Shown here: piece by piece, positions 18,630 through 28,584 of the stretch
Position numbering within the stretch: position 1 is the first letter of the stretch
Layout: the number at the start of each line of letters is the position of its first letter
IMG/VR virus record: IMGVR_UViG_2713896905_000008
Direction: 5' to 3' (one strand)
DNA from: a virus
Lineage: Duplodnaviria; Heunggongvirae; Uroviricota; Caudoviricetes
DNA length: 42,302 bases
The notes under the pieces: model-generated
Told to the model about the DNA's origin: nothing
Databases searched by the model: none
What the model saw: the letters and a program-made list of their open reading frames with translations, nothing else
Translations under genes and position numbers: made by a program

Positions 18630-19835
18630 TTACGCCGCTGCAATCTTCAGCAGTTTGATGGCCTGCGAATCGACCAGCATCCCGCCGGTGCGCTTGGTGG
18701 TATAAAAACCGACAAACGGTTTATTGGTGTACGGATCACGCAGAATGCGGGTGCCGATACGGTCAACGATGGTGTAACCCCGTTTGAAGTTACCAAATGC
18801 AATGGCTTTCGCATCAGCGGCGATATCCGGCATCTGTTCGTTTTCAGCGATACCGTAACCCGCCAGAGAGGACGGCTGCCCCAGTTCCAGCCCCGGACGC
18901 CACAGATAATTACCCTCGGTGTCTTTCAGCAGACGGATGGCAAACAGGCTGTTGTTGTTCATCATGAACTTCGCGCCAGTGCGGTGTGCCTTTCGCAGCG
19001 TGTAAATCAGTTTGATAATGGCGTCTGCGGTCACCGCAGTCGCGTCGCCGGATACAATATGCTGAAGTTTGCCGAACGCCCGGACCTTATCGGTTTCATC
19101 AGTGGATTCATACGCCAGGAACCCTTTTGGCTTCTTGGTACCATCGCCGGTGGTAAAGGCAATTTCTTCCTGTTCGGCAAATTCGGTTGCCAGCTCGCTG
19201 TTGATCCAGGCCTCCACGTTGAAAAAGGCATCATCCAGCATTTTCTGGGTGGCCTGCGGGTTACCGTAGATTTCCCCCATGAAAGGTTCAATCAGCCCCA
19301 GTTTTGAGGTGGCAGTCTGGGAGCGCGCGTCAGTCTCGCCAACCCATCCGGAAGCCGTGCCGCCCAGATTCACCAGTTTTTTGTAGTCGGAACCACCAAC
19401 GGTGATCACCGTGGCTTCCTGACGCATCACCACTTCATCTTTCAGCAAGGTCAGAATGTTGCGATCCAGCGCTTCCGGCACGGCATAGCCACCGTCTTCA
19501 TCGGTGCCCACCTGTAATGCCTTGCGCTCCAGATCGCGCAGACCATCTTCACGGCCTTTACGCAGGAAGCCCACAAACGCTTCTTTATGCTCGGTGGCCA
19601 GTTTATTTTGCGCACCACCTGCCGGACGTTTCAGCTCAAGCAGCTCTTTTTCAAGGTCGCTTTTGAGATTTTCCAGCTCGCTGAGTTTTCCGTTCAGGGT
19701 TTCCACCTGCCCGGCAAGTTTGCCTTTTTCCTGCTCAATCGCCTCAACGCGCTTGTCGTTCTTTGCTTTGAAGTCGTCAAACTTCTGCTGCAGCTCCTGC
19801 GCGACCTGTTCGACATCTTTAATATCAACCGCCAT
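18630..19835 (-). CDS. major capsid protein, HK97 family
   Basis: 401 aa with an N-terminal coiled-coil delta-like domain (KLAGQVETLNGKLSELENLKSDLEKELLELK). Follows the prohead protease. Confidence 0.85.
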   Translation of the reverse strand: MAVDIKDVEQVAQELQQKFDDFKAKNDKRVEAIEQEKGKLAGQVETLNGKLSELENLKSDLEKELLELKRPAGGAQNKLATEHKEAFVGFLRKGREDGLRDLERKALQVGTDEDGGYAVPEALDRNILTLLKDEVVMRQEATVITVGGSDYKKLVNLGGTASGWVGETDARSQTATSKLGLIEPFMGEIYGNPQATQKMLDDAFFNVEAWINSELATEFAEQEEIAFTTGDGTKKPKGFLAYESTDETDKVRAFGKLQHIVSGDATAVTADAIIKLIYTLRKAHRTGAKFMMNNNSLFAIRLLKDTEGNYLWRPGLELGQPSSLAGYGIAENEQMPDIAADAKAIAFGNFKRGYTIVDRIGTRILRDPYTNKPFVGFYTTKRTGGMLVDSQAIKLLKIAAA

Positions 19836-19849
19836 CGTATTTCTCCTGA

Positions 19850-20536
19850 TTAGAAGTTCAGATTTTTCAGTGCATTCAGTGCAGAGCCCACATCCTCAGC
19901 GTCGCGCAGGGACAGTGCGCCATAGCCCCCGGCCATGAATGCTTTGGCCTGGGTACGGGAGAGTCCGACATCACGCAGGACTCTTTCGATTTTTTTCTGT
20001 TCGGGGATTTCCCCGCGGGCCAGTGCGTTCTTGACGTCGCTGATCCGCGCCTCGTCGTTAGACGGGAATGTCACCAGACTGACTTCCCAGAGGTCGATTT
20101 CTTTCAGCAGAAAGGCTTCTTTCGTCCGGTCGTATTCCCAGTCCTTCAGGACGTACCCAATAGAAAGGCCGGTTAACGAACCGGCCTTCATGTGTGCATG
20201 TGCGCGTTTTGCGAGGGGATCATCATCAATGAGCAACCGCCCCCTGACGTAAAGCCCGACATCGTCTTCCTTCATTTCGGTGTAAACACCGATGGGCTCA
20301 TCCATGCGGTGCTGCCAGAGCAGCGCAGGTAACGCTTTTCTGTCACTCCACACCCGCAGGGAAGCAGCAAATGCCCCGGACATCACCACATCATCGTGGC
20401 TGTCCTTTACACCAAAGACGGAGCCATACCCTTCAAACTCACCGGAGTCACTGACAGATTTCAGACTCAGCGGTACATCAAGACGTTGTTTCGTCTGCAT
20501 TGGCGTTATCCTTCTGCTTACCGGCTTTACTGCCAT
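19850..20536 (-). CDS. prohead protease, HK97 family
   Basis: About 215 aa between portal and capsid. Start probably at an internal Met. Confidence 0.75.
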   Translation of the reverse strand: MAVKPVSRRITPMQTKQRLDVPLSLKSVSDSGEFEGYGSVFGVKDSHDDVVMSGAFAASLRVWSDRKALPALLWQHRMDEPIGVYTEMKEDDVGLYVRGRLLIDDDPLAKRAHAHMKAGSLTGLSIGYVLKDWEYDRTKEAFLLKEIDLWEVSLVTFPSNDEARISDVKNALARGEIPEQKKIERVLRDVGLSRTQAKAFMAGGYGALSLRDAEDVGSALNALKNLNF

Positions 20537-21719
20537 CGGAGGGTTTCGTGGTCATGTTCATCGGTGTGAGATAGACATCACCACCGGGACGCGGATTCAT
20601 ATCTTCCAGGTCGCGGCAGTCATTGGGAGAGTAAATTCCCCAGTTGATCCCGGTGGCGTAGGCTTCAAAACGGGACTTCATATCCCCGCGCAGTAACGCC
20701 CCGGCGTTAAATTTGGCGTAATAAACGCCCTGCTTACTTTTTCGTACCAGTCCGGTGTTGATCCGCTGTTCGATGCGGGTCAGATACGGCACCAGTGAAT
20801 AGTTGATAAATCCCAGCCCCAGCTCTTCGATATTGTTGAAGGTGGCTCGATCGGTGTTCTGCACCATGTGCAACGGCACCCGGAACAGACGACAGATTTC
20901 TTCAAGCTGAAACTTGCGGGTTTCCAGGAACTGGCTGTCCTCGGCGTTCAGCGCCATCGACTTCCAGTCCAGCCCCATCTCAAGGATCATCGGGCGGTGA
21001 GCATTGCCAAGCCCGGTGTGACGCTCCTCAAAATCTTTCTTCAGGCGCTCATAAGCCTGATCTGACAGCGTCTGCTCTGTACGCAACACACCCGACGTCA
21101 CCGCGCCATTGCTGAACAGTCTGGCCCCGTGCTCTTCGGTCGCTGCCGCCAGCGATATTGCCTCGCGGGCATAGGCGACGGGATTCAGTCCCACCAGACC
21201 GTCCAGCGTCAGCGTGCGCACATGCCAGATATCCTCCTGGCTCAGTACATCCGTGGAGCCGTCCGGGAATGTGACCTGATAGACCGGCTCCCAGCTACTG
21301 TTAAGCTTCGGTACCACACAGCCGGGATCGACGGGCAGCAGTTCAGCCACTTCGCCAAATGCTTTCACTTTGTAGGCGTAAAAGTTTCCCCGCAGGCACA
21401 GACAGGTGACCACCAGCTCCCAGAACTCCTGCGGCGTCATATAGCCATTGGGATGCGTGGAGATCAGCTTATGCAGACGCTCGCCGGTGGCTCTCTGTTT
21501 CAGGCTGCCGTTCAGGTGATACAGATTGCAGGGCAACATCCCGACCGACTCTGCCAGCACCCTGACGCAGGAAAAAACCGCCGTCAGTCGCATGGCCCGC
21601 TGGCTGCTGATCTGCTTTCCGGTATAGGTGTCGTAGGACAACCCGATAGCATCCGCCAGCTCTGCTGGCGTGGTCACCGGTGCGTCACTTTTTCGTTGAA
21701 ATAATCCCGAAAAGAACAC
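20478..21719 (-). CDS. portal protein
   Basis: 413 aa between terminase and protease, with an acidic C-terminus. Confidence 0.85.
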   Translation of the reverse strand: MFFSGLFQRKSDAPVTTPAELADAIGLSYDTYTGKQISSQRAMRLTAVFSCVRVLAESVGMLPCNLYHLNGSLKQRATGERLHKLISTHPNGYMTPQEFWELVVTCLCLRGNFYAYKVKAFGEVAELLPVDPGCVVPKLNSSWEPVYQVTFPDGSTDVLSQEDIWHVRTLTLDGLVGLNPVAYAREAISLAAATEEHGARLFSNGAVTSGVLRTEQTLSDQAYERLKKDFEERHTGLGNAHRPMILEMGLDWKSMALNAEDSQFLETRKFQLEEICRLFRVPLHMVQNTDRATFNNIEELGLGFINYSLVPYLTRIEQRINTGLVRKSKQGVYYAKFNAGALLRGDMKSRFEAYATGINWGIYSPNDCRDLEDMNPRPGGDVYLTPMNMTTKPSDGSKAGKQKDNANADETTS

Positions 21720-21901
21720 TATTTACCTCCGCCGACAGACGACTGTGTACGGTCGAGATATCGCGCCACCAGCCACGACCAGAACAGGCACAACGCCCCG
21801 GCAACAACAAACCCCGCCGGGGGATAAATCAGCCAGGCACCATACGCCAGCAAAAGCGCCCCCAGCACGCCCACCAGAGGCGCGAGAATCAGCATGATCA
21901 T
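21719..21901 (-). CDS. small membrane protein
   Basis: 60 aa with two hydrophobic helices; between terminase large subunit and portal. Confidence 0.35.
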
Positions 21902-21912
21902 AATTACCTCAG

Positions 21913-23646
21913 TTAAAGCGAGCGGATCCCATAGGACTCAATGTGGTCAGACAGCGTGTCTTCTTTCTCGTACAGCATGGCTCTGCCAACCGCCATAATC
22001 AGCGCAACTGCACCATCGATTTTGTTTTCCGCCTGCTCTTTGACGGGCTTCACCACATCATCGTTACCCGGAATGGTTTTGCCGACCACGTTGCCGATAC
22101 ACCAGGTCATGATGGGATTGCCATCATGATGAAAGCGCCCCGATTCAATTGCCGCTTCCAGCTCTTTCATCGGGTCGGACATGTTGGTGTAGTTCTGAAT
22201 GATAGTGATGGGGTTCAGGTCTTCATCAGCAAGGTCATGTGACAGCCCGGTCGCCCCGAAGGGGTCGATGGGTGACTCACTGACCGGGCTGATTTTGTTC
22301 GCCGCTTTGGCCTCCTCGAGGATGTAGCGATAATCCACTTCCGCACCATCGGTAACGGTCAGAACGCCCATTTCCACCCATTTCTGAAAGCGTTCGGCTG
22401 TCCGTCGATCTTCATTTTTCTCGACGCTGTACACCGTGTCATACGGTACCCAGAAACGCGGGGCCACACTGTAGTAATGCGTTTTACCGTCAATCTCGCG
22501 GGTATAAAGTCGCGCCATGCTGTTCATATCCAGCTTACGCGCCAGGTCAAAGGCCAGAATGCACGGCTGCCCCTCGAACTGCTCAAGGGTCAGTGATTTA
22601 TCCTCGCAGCTCTGCCAGCTCACCAGGTTGAAATAAGCCGAACGCGCCGACACCCAGATATTGAGGTGTTTTGTTTTAAAGACGTTTGCCAGACGGGCGT
22701 TATTTTTCGCACGCTGCTGCTGACTTAACAAAAATTCGCGATAAACCGACACGCCAATATTTGGATTGGCTTTTTCCAGCACCTGCGGGTCGGTCCAGTC
22801 GTCACCTTCATCAACGGTATAGATGATCCCGAACAGTTCATCGTTAGGCACCGAGCCGTTGAGCATCTCGATGACTTCCCGCCGTTTGTCGTAGCACGGC
22901 CCCTCAATGTTGTACCCGGCGGTAGTGATAGCCCACATCAGTGGCTGACGTCGCGCCCCCATCCCGGTAAGCATCGTGGTGTAAAGCGCATCGGTGGCGT
23001 GCTCGTGATATTCATCCACCACCGCACAGTGGGGTGATGATCCATCACCGGGGTTACCGATCAGCGGTTCAAACCGCGCGCCATCCTCCGGACGGTTCAT
23101 GTTTGAGGCGTTAACCTCAATCCCGAACGCTTCCGTCAGCATGGGTGTGCGTTTACACATCAGTCGCGCCGGGCGAAAGACTTCCCACGCCTGTTTCTCT
23201 GTCGTGGCACCGGAATACACTTCCGCGCCAAACTCGTTATCACAGGCAAAACAATACAGGGCGACACCGGCAGAGATTGCCGATTTGCCGTTCTTACGGG
23301 GGATTTCGGTATACACCTCACGGAAGCGGCGCAGCCGGGAGCCTTTATTGACCCAGCCAAACGCGCAGCAGATCACAAAGAGCTGCCACGGCTCCAGCGT
23401 GATGGGCATCCTCTTAAATGCCCACTCACCCTTGGTGTGCGGCAACAGCTGAATAAATTTGGCGGCCCGTTCAGCCAGGTCCTTGTCGAAGCGGTAACGA
23501 AACGACTTACTTTTTTCCGCCATCAGGTCATCAAGATGGCGCTGGCAGGCCTGAATCACAAACTGGCAGGCCACAATCTTTCCGCGCACGACATCACGGG
23601 CATACTGATTGGCAGCATTTACGTTGGGGTAAGATTTCCGGCTCAT
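21913..23646 (-). CDS. terminase large subunit
   Basis: 577 aa; ATPase-type N-terminal region and nuclease-type C-terminal region; overlaps the small subunit stop. Confidence 0.9.
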
Positions 23647-24146
23647 GACTCGATGATTTTCAGAAACGGGTTAGTTGCTTTTTTCTGCCCCGCCAGGCCA
23701 ATCAGACGCTGGCGGCTGCTGGGGTCGAGTCCGAGCATTGCCCCCGTGCTGCTCATTTCGGACTCCTGTTCTTTTTTGGCGGTCAGCTCCGGATTTTTGA
23801 CCATGCCGCCCATTGCACCGGTGATGGTGTTGCCCTGTCTGGCAATATTTTTCACGGCACGTCGCCAGAACTCATAGGCCACGCACCACCGCTCAAGTAC
23901 CGCCAGGTCAGTCACGCACAGCAGGCCCTGACCGCAGAGTTCTTTGGTTGTCAGTTGCCACATGATCGTGGCGAGAGGGAGATCTTCTTCTGCGAACCAC
24001 TCCGGTGGCTCAACACCTTTGATGGGCGTAAAAACAGGTTCATCTTTGTTCAGGGCTCGCTTGCCGGGGTTTCCGGCCAGCGCCTTGCGCGCCGTTGGCT
24101 TGGGGCGACGCCCGGAACGCCCCGCCGTTCCAGCCATATGCGGCAC
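23643..24146 (-). CDS. terminase small subunit
   Basis: 167 aa with basic N-terminus; immediately upstream of the large subunit. Confidence 0.8.
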   Translation of the reverse strand: MPHMAGTAGRSGRRPKPTARKALAGNPGKRALNKDEPVFTPIKGVEPPEWFAEEDLPLATIMWQLTTKELCGQGLLCVTDLAVLERWCVAYEFWRRAVKNIARQGNTITGAMGGMVKNPELTAKKEQESEMSSTGAMLGLDPSSRQRLIGLAGQKKATNPFLKIIES

Positions 24147-24186
24147 TCCTGGTTAAATTTCATTTTTCGCGGGTATAAAAAAACGA

Positions 24187-24235
24187 TGGGGCGGGCAGTC
24201 CGGAAGACGTCAGGCCGCAGGGATTTGACCCGCCC
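24187..24235. other. GC-rich inverted repeat between HNH and terminase genes (candidate cos / packaging-site structure)
   Basis: GGGGCGGG ... CCCGCCCC flanking about 33 bp that include a GACGTC palindrome. Confidence 0.3.
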
Positions 24236-24262
24236 CTCCCCTCAGGCAGTTGAGAATTATTA

Positions 24263-24676
24263 TCACTTCAACCGTTCACGGGCCGTCTTCGCCTTATGAC
24301 ACGGCCAGCACAGACTCTGCAGATTACAGTCGGCATCAGTGCCGCCATGCGCTTTAGGGATGATGTGGTCAACGGTTTTCGCCTCGCGCACCACACCAGC
24401 ACGCAGGCACAACTGGCACAGGCCTTTGTCACGCTTGAGCACACGTTCACGGATAACATCCCATTTCGAACCATAACCGCGCTGGTGTCGGGACTGGCCT
24501 GGCTTGTATTGCTTCCAGCCTTCGCTTTTGTGGCTTTCGCAGTAGCCTGACGGGTCAGTAGTGGTATGGCGGCAGCCGCGAACACGGCAGGCTTTTGGGG
24601 TTCGTAGGGGCATTGCATAATCCTCTTGGATGGTTCGCGTACGATACGTGGCATCCTTCTCAGAATCGAATCGCAC
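24263..24676 (-). CDS. HNH homing-type endonuclease (terminase-associated)
   Basis: Cys/His motifs CRVRGCRHTT...GYCESH and DHIIPKAHGGTDADCNLQSLCWPCH. Start probably at MPLRTPKAC. Confidence 0.8.
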   Translation of the reverse strand: MRFDSEKDATYRTRTIQEDYAMPLRTPKACRVRGCRHTTTDPSGYCESHKSEGWKQYKPGQSRHQRGYGSKWDVIRERVLKRDKGLCQLCLRAGVVREAKTVDHIIPKAHGGTDADCNLQSLCWPCHKAKTARERLK

Positions 24677-24745
24677 TCCATTCCGGTTTTGCCATAAACG
24701 ATCTTTTATGCTTCGCTGGATGTAGTTGATAGTTGTTGAAACTCA

Positions 24746-25099
24746 ATGAACAGGAGTTCACAAATGAATAGTTATGAATGGGAATGGCTTTTGAACAAAG
24801 ATGACACCCTATACTTTTTCCCCGTAGGCCATTCTGTAGAAGGTAATTACAAAATTCACTTTGAGTTGAGCGGTAGTTGTAACCTTAGAGTCTCAGATGC
24901 TGAATGGCATGGTAAACCTGTACTGCTGTTCGAATACTTCGATGAAGATGATGACCGCCCTGCAATAATCGAAATATTAGAAACAACCACTACAACTGTG
25001 GAGGCGATGATCGCACATCTGAATAGTATCGATAGTATTTACCATGAACCGATTTACAAAGCTGTTTACGAGTGGGCTGTAAAGTTTTTCTATCGATGA
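24746..25099 (+). CDS. hypothetical acidic protein (opposite-strand cargo)
   Basis: 117 aa, A+T-rich, on the strand opposite the late operon; contains DEDDDRPAIIEILETTTTTVEA. Confidence 0.5.
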   Translation: MNRSSQMNSYEWEWLLNKDDTLYFFPVGHSVEGNYKIHFELSGSCNLRVSDAEWHGKPVLLFEYFDEDDDRPAIIEILETTTTTVEAMIAHLNSIDSIYHEPIYKAVYEWAVKFFYR

Positions 25100-25142
25100 T
25101 ACTTCGTTATCTTTCTGGTATTCACAATACCTTTACATATTA

Positions 25143-25769
25143 ATGACATGCCAGCACAATACTGTCACTTACAACCGTTCGGATTACCTAGAGAAAAGTA
25201 TGATTCAGGATTTACTGATCGAAGCAATTAGTCACGATAGGATGCATAAAAAGTTAAATGAACTGAATGGCTACTTCTACAATCGCAAACATGAAACACA
25301 AATACGTGATGAGTTAGTTGTTATACTCAATCAAATCAGCACACTAACTGCTTTAAGTGAGCATCCAAAACTCGGTATCGGCGCTGTTGACATATCACTT
25401 TATAACCAGTCGATATTAACGTCTGAACATAATGGCAATGTTGCAACCATCGAGATAAAACACCATTACCCAAAGGATTTACTTTATCGGCAAGTTCAAG
25501 AAGACATCATTTCCGATATTTCAAGAGTAATAGTTTCACCAACTACACATTTTATCCATATAATCCAGCAAAGAACCAGGATTAATACTCCTTCTTTTGG
25601 CCAAGTGAAATTCCTTGAACGTGATGCAAGTGATATCAGCACTTATGTGCAATACCTTGAAGAGCTAAGTTCATTTCCCAGTAATTTTCATAAAAAAAGT
25701 ATATGTATTGAGGTACTTGGTGAAATTATGTCGACATATACCTTTAACGTATATTCATTTGACAACTGA
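25143..25769 (+). CDS. hypothetical protein (opposite-strand cargo, co-oriented with 24746-25099)
   Basis: 208 aa, A+T-rich, no family recognised. Start may be at an internal Met. Confidence 0.5.
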   Translation: MTCQHNTVTYNRSDYLEKSMIQDLLIEAISHDRMHKKLNELNGYFYNRKHETQIRDELVVILNQISTLTALSEHPKLGIGAVDISLYNQSILTSEHNGNVATIEIKHHYPKDLLYRQVQEDIISDISRVIVSPTTHFIHIIQQRTRINTPSFGQVKFLERDASDISTYVQYLEELSSFPSNFHKKSICIEVLGEIMSTYTFNVYSFDN

Positions 25770-25790
25770 TCAATTTGACAATTTTATTGC

Positions 25791-26048
25791 TTAATGGTTA
25801 GTTCTCTCTGCATCTATTTTACGAATATCAGCTTTATCCCGATTGCAGTTAGCCAGTGCAGACAACAGACTCACATTCAGCTCCAGGCTGGCACCATACG
25901 TCAGAGGATTTGGTATGAACGGTACAGGTGTTTCAGAAGTCAGACTAGTCGGTAATGTTGTAGCCGGAGTGCTCACGTAAACTGTCCGCGTACTTCCGCA
26001 ACCGCTCAGCAGCGGCAGCAGGCACAAGGCGTGCAGCACAATCATCAT
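25791..26048 (-). CDS. Rz1-like outer-membrane spanin lipoprotein (overlapping Rz in another frame)
   Basis: Lipobox LLPLLSGCGS after a signal-like MMIVLHALCLLP; Pro/Thr-rich mature part. Confidence 0.55.
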   Translation of the reverse strand: MMIVLHALCLLPLLSGCGSTRTVYVSTPATTLPTSLTSETPVPFIPNPLTYGASLELNVSLLSALANCNRDKADIRKIDAERTNH

Positions 26049-26325
26049 CCGCAACAGCCACTTTGATATCTTTCTGGGTTCTCTGTGACTCCAGTGCGAT
26101 CTGCTGTTTTGCATGCTGGTTAACCTCTATAACTGTATTGACGATTTGCAGTGATTGCAGGACGTTACGGGTAATGGCTGTTGCAGATTCAGCATTTTGT
26201 ACAGCCTCATCAGCACGTTTCTTTTCGTGCTGATATTTGCTGTAGTAGTGGTTGGCAGACCAGATGAAAGAACCGATGACAGTAAAGATGAATGCAGAGA
26301 TAGCCAGCTTATAGCTCAACTTCAT
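25945..26325 (-). CDS. Rz-like inner-membrane spanin
   Basis: 126 aa with N-terminal transmembrane helix then coiled coil; immediately after the endolysin. Confidence 0.6.
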   Translation of the reverse strand: MKLSYKLAISAFIFTVIGSFIWSANHYYSKYQHEKKRADEAVQNAESATAITRNVLQSLQIVNTVIEVNQHAKQQIALESQRTQKDIKVAVADDDCAARLVPAAAAERLRKYADSLREHSGYNITD

Positions 26326-26785
26326 TTACCACCCCACCAGCCTCTTTAAACCGGGAAATCAGGTCACCGATTTTATGTTCATACTGACCGTAACCTGCAC
26401 CAGGTAACGACGCCCAGATATTGCTGCAACGATCGATAGCCTGACGAATATCGCCGCGATCAATCATCGGTAAAGCGCCACGCTCTTTAATCTGCTGTAA
26501 TGCAACAGCATCCTGGCTTTTAGGAGAGAAGTCTGTCAGCCCTAACTGCTTGCGGTAAGCATCCCACCAGCGCGAAAGAAGTTGATAACGGCCTGCAGCT
26601 GTTGATTTGAGTTTCGGGTTTAGCGTGACAAGCTTGCGAGGGTGATCGGAGTAATCAGTGAAGAGTTCTCCACCGACAATAACATCATAACCGTGGTTAC
26701 GTGTCGGTTGTCGCCCGTTATCCGTTCCTTCTGACCATGCCACCATATCGAGGAAAGCTTTACGCTGGGAATTTAGTACCTGCAT
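26309..26785 (-). CDS. endolysin, lambda R-type lytic transglycosylase
   Basis: 158 aa closely matching lambda R as I recall it (NSQRKAFLDM.AWSEGTDNGRQ.TRNHGYDVIVGGELFTDYSDHPRKLVTLNPKLKST.AGRYQLLSRWWDAYRKQLGL). Confidence 0.9.
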   Translation of the reverse strand: MQVLNSQRKAFLDMVAWSEGTDNGRQPTRNHGYDVIVGGELFTDYSDHPRKLVTLNPKLKSTAAGRYQLLSRWWDAYRKQLGLTDFSPKSQDAVALQQIKERGALPMIDRGDIRQAIDRCSNIWASLPGAGYGQYEHKIGDLISRFKEAGGVVNEVEL

Positions 26786-26788
26786 AAA

Positions 26789-27115
26789 TTACTCCTTAGA
26801 GCCACCAAACTTATTACCGATTACTCTCATTGCAGCCCCACGAATAGCATCGACCCCGATCAGCCCAACGCCGCCACCAATGGCAACAGAAAGAGATTTA
26901 GGCCATCCGACATACTCAAGAGCGGATGCAAAAGTCAGCGTCAGAGCACCACAGAGCAAAATCTCGAGCGTTTTTCGTTTCCAGCCACCACCACCGCCAA
27001 AATAGGCAATGCGCAAGCCAGCCATAACGATCGACATAATCACTGCGCCCAGCGGTGTGTCTCCACGCCACCAGCTCTGGACCAACTCCAGCCAGGTATT
27101 TGGGTTATGAGGCAT
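26789..27115 (-). CDS. holin
   Basis: 108 aa with three hydrophobic segments and a charged C-terminus, immediately upstream of the endolysin. Confidence 0.6.
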   Translation of the reverse strand: MPHNPNTWLELVQSWWRGDTPLGAVIMSIVMAGLRIAYFGGGGGWKRKTLEILLCGALTLTFASALEYVGWPKSLSVAIGGGVGLIGVDAIRGAAMRVIGNKFGGSKE

Positions 27116-27266
27116 TTGTAGTTATCTCTCACCTCGCTGATACAGCAGGTGCAAATTGAGGAAACATCATGTACCGCAAATCAGATGCGGAAACGTCAAA
27201 GAAGCCGAGTCAATGGATAACTGCGGGATAGGCTAGGACCAAGGAATCCCCAGACCCAGAAACGAC

Positions 27267-27290
27267 AAAACCCGCTCGATGGCGGGTTTA
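27267..27290. terminator. GC-stem hairpin between holin and the cargo operon (candidate tR'-like terminator on the minus strand)
   Basis: AAACCCGC-tcgatg-GCGGGTTT; on the minus strand the stem is followed by TTTTGTCGTTTCT. Confidence 0.4.
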
Positions 27291-27406
27291 AGCTGTGTGG
27301 CGAAGTGAGCACACTTAACAGATTACGATATTTTTTGCGTACGCGTTAGTGTTTTGATAGAATTTTCAGCCACATAAAAATTCATTCTTATAATTCGGGA
27401 TATATA

Positions 27407-28582
27407 ATGGATATAACTTGTTTAGAATGTGGCAATGTTCTTGACGACCCAACTGTAGCTTGCGATAAATGCGGCGCCACGCCTCATGTTGTAGTGCTGG
27501 GCAAACAATCGTACTTTCCTATTGGTGCTGTAACAGCAAATCTTGAAAAAAATGATTCAAGAGCATTTGATTATCGATTAGGTGAAGTTTGGGATCTAAA
27601 AAATGAAGTCACATCTGAATTCATAACCAGAATTGAGAAAAAATTTAGCCGAAAAAACAAATTTCATAACTTCCTAGACTCAGATCACAACCCTTCATCC
27701 ATTCCTACGATCCTAAAAAAATACATTAATAAAAATAATGAATTCATTGATTTATCTAGAGCTATAATAGAGAAGCTTAAACATAATGCTAATAACGAAT
27801 CGAGAGTTGCCCAACTTCAGGGGGGGAGCGTTGTTTTCATCCACTATAAGTCTACCGAACCAGAGGATTTGGGAAAACTTCTAATCGTAATGGTTGATAA
27901 ACAAAGCGCCTATGACTTTGATTCGGATAAGTTGACCCCAACAAGATTAAATCCAATTAATACCGATGCCTTACGGCAGGCTGCGATGTTCGATTTAACT
28001 TTATTCGAAGCCAGTTATCCAGAAAACAAGGGTGACTCATATGTACATTTCTTGCAAGGTAAATCTAAAAGCGATTTTTTCAAAGACTCATTAGGTTGCC
28101 GACATGATTCGGACAATAAAAGAAGCATTCAGCAATTATTCAGTGCTATAGATATTTTTGCTAGTAAAAACTCACTCGGTCGTGTACTGCGTGATACTAT
28201 TGACAATGAAGTTAAATCCTTACTGGAAAAAAAATCAAAAGATAAATACGGAAATAAGTCCGTTAAGATAGAGGATATTTCAAAAATAATTGACTCATGC
28301 CTGACTGATTCACACAAATGTAAGGGAACGTTTGTCGATTTTGTTAATCTTAATGGTTTCCAGATTGATCCTCAATTTGAACCAACTCCTAAAGCAGCTG
28401 AAAGCGCGCTTACAATTGAAGTGGCAGATAACGACAATAATTTTAAGTTGAAAATAATGCGTGGAGCTATTGGAGACGAAAAGTCAAATAAGCCTGTAAT
28501 TCTCACTGACAACAAATGCGAAATTGTGATAAAATTGAGTCAGGCAAATTATGATGAACTCAAAAGATATAGAGACAGCTAA
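27407..28582 (+). CDS. zinc-ribbon protein with NdpA/YejK-like (NA37-type) region; first gene of a cargo pair
   Basis: 391 aa. N-terminal CLECGN...CDKCG four-Cys ribbon. Central region aligns by eye with YejK: GGSVVFIHY / GGFVLFCHY and YVHFLQGKSKSDFFKDSLG / [22 protein letters not shown]. A+T-rich. Confidence 0.6.
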   Translation: MDITCLECGNVLDDPTVACDKCGATPHVVVLGKQSYFPIGAVTANLEKNDSRAFDYRLGEVWDLKNEVTSEFITRIEKKFSRKNKFHNFLDSDHNPSSIPTILKKYINKNNEFIDLSRAIIEKLKHNANNESRVAQLQGGSVVFIHYKSTEPEDLGKLLIVMVDKQSAYDFDSDKLTPTRLNPINTDALRQAAMFDLTLFEASYPENKGDSYVHFLQGKSKSDFFKDSLGCRHDSDNKRSIQQLFSAIDIFASKNSLGRVLRDTIDNEVKSLLEKKSKDKYGNKSVKIEDISKIIDSCLTDSHKCKGTFVDFVNLNGFQIDPQFEPTPKAAESALTIEVADNDNNFKLKIMRGAIGDEKSNKPVILTDNKCEIVIKLSQANYDELKRYRDS

Positions 28583-28584
28583 TA

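Noticed and set aside
7171-19938. Plus-strand ORFs inside the minus-strand tail and head genes (e.g. 7171-7569, 8016-8267, 9735-10028, 12856-13185, 15223-15639, 16633-17223, 19504-19938)
   Set aside because: They lie antisense within well-supported structural genes, have Arg/Pro/Ser-rich low-complexity translations and no start context; treated as spurious.
27351-27394. Confident sigma-70 promoter call for the cargo cassette
   Set aside because: TTGATA and TATAAT hexamers are present, but their spacing (about 29 bp) is non-canonical and alternative pairings are weak. A promoter is likely in 27300-27400 but its exact elements cannot be fixed from sequence.
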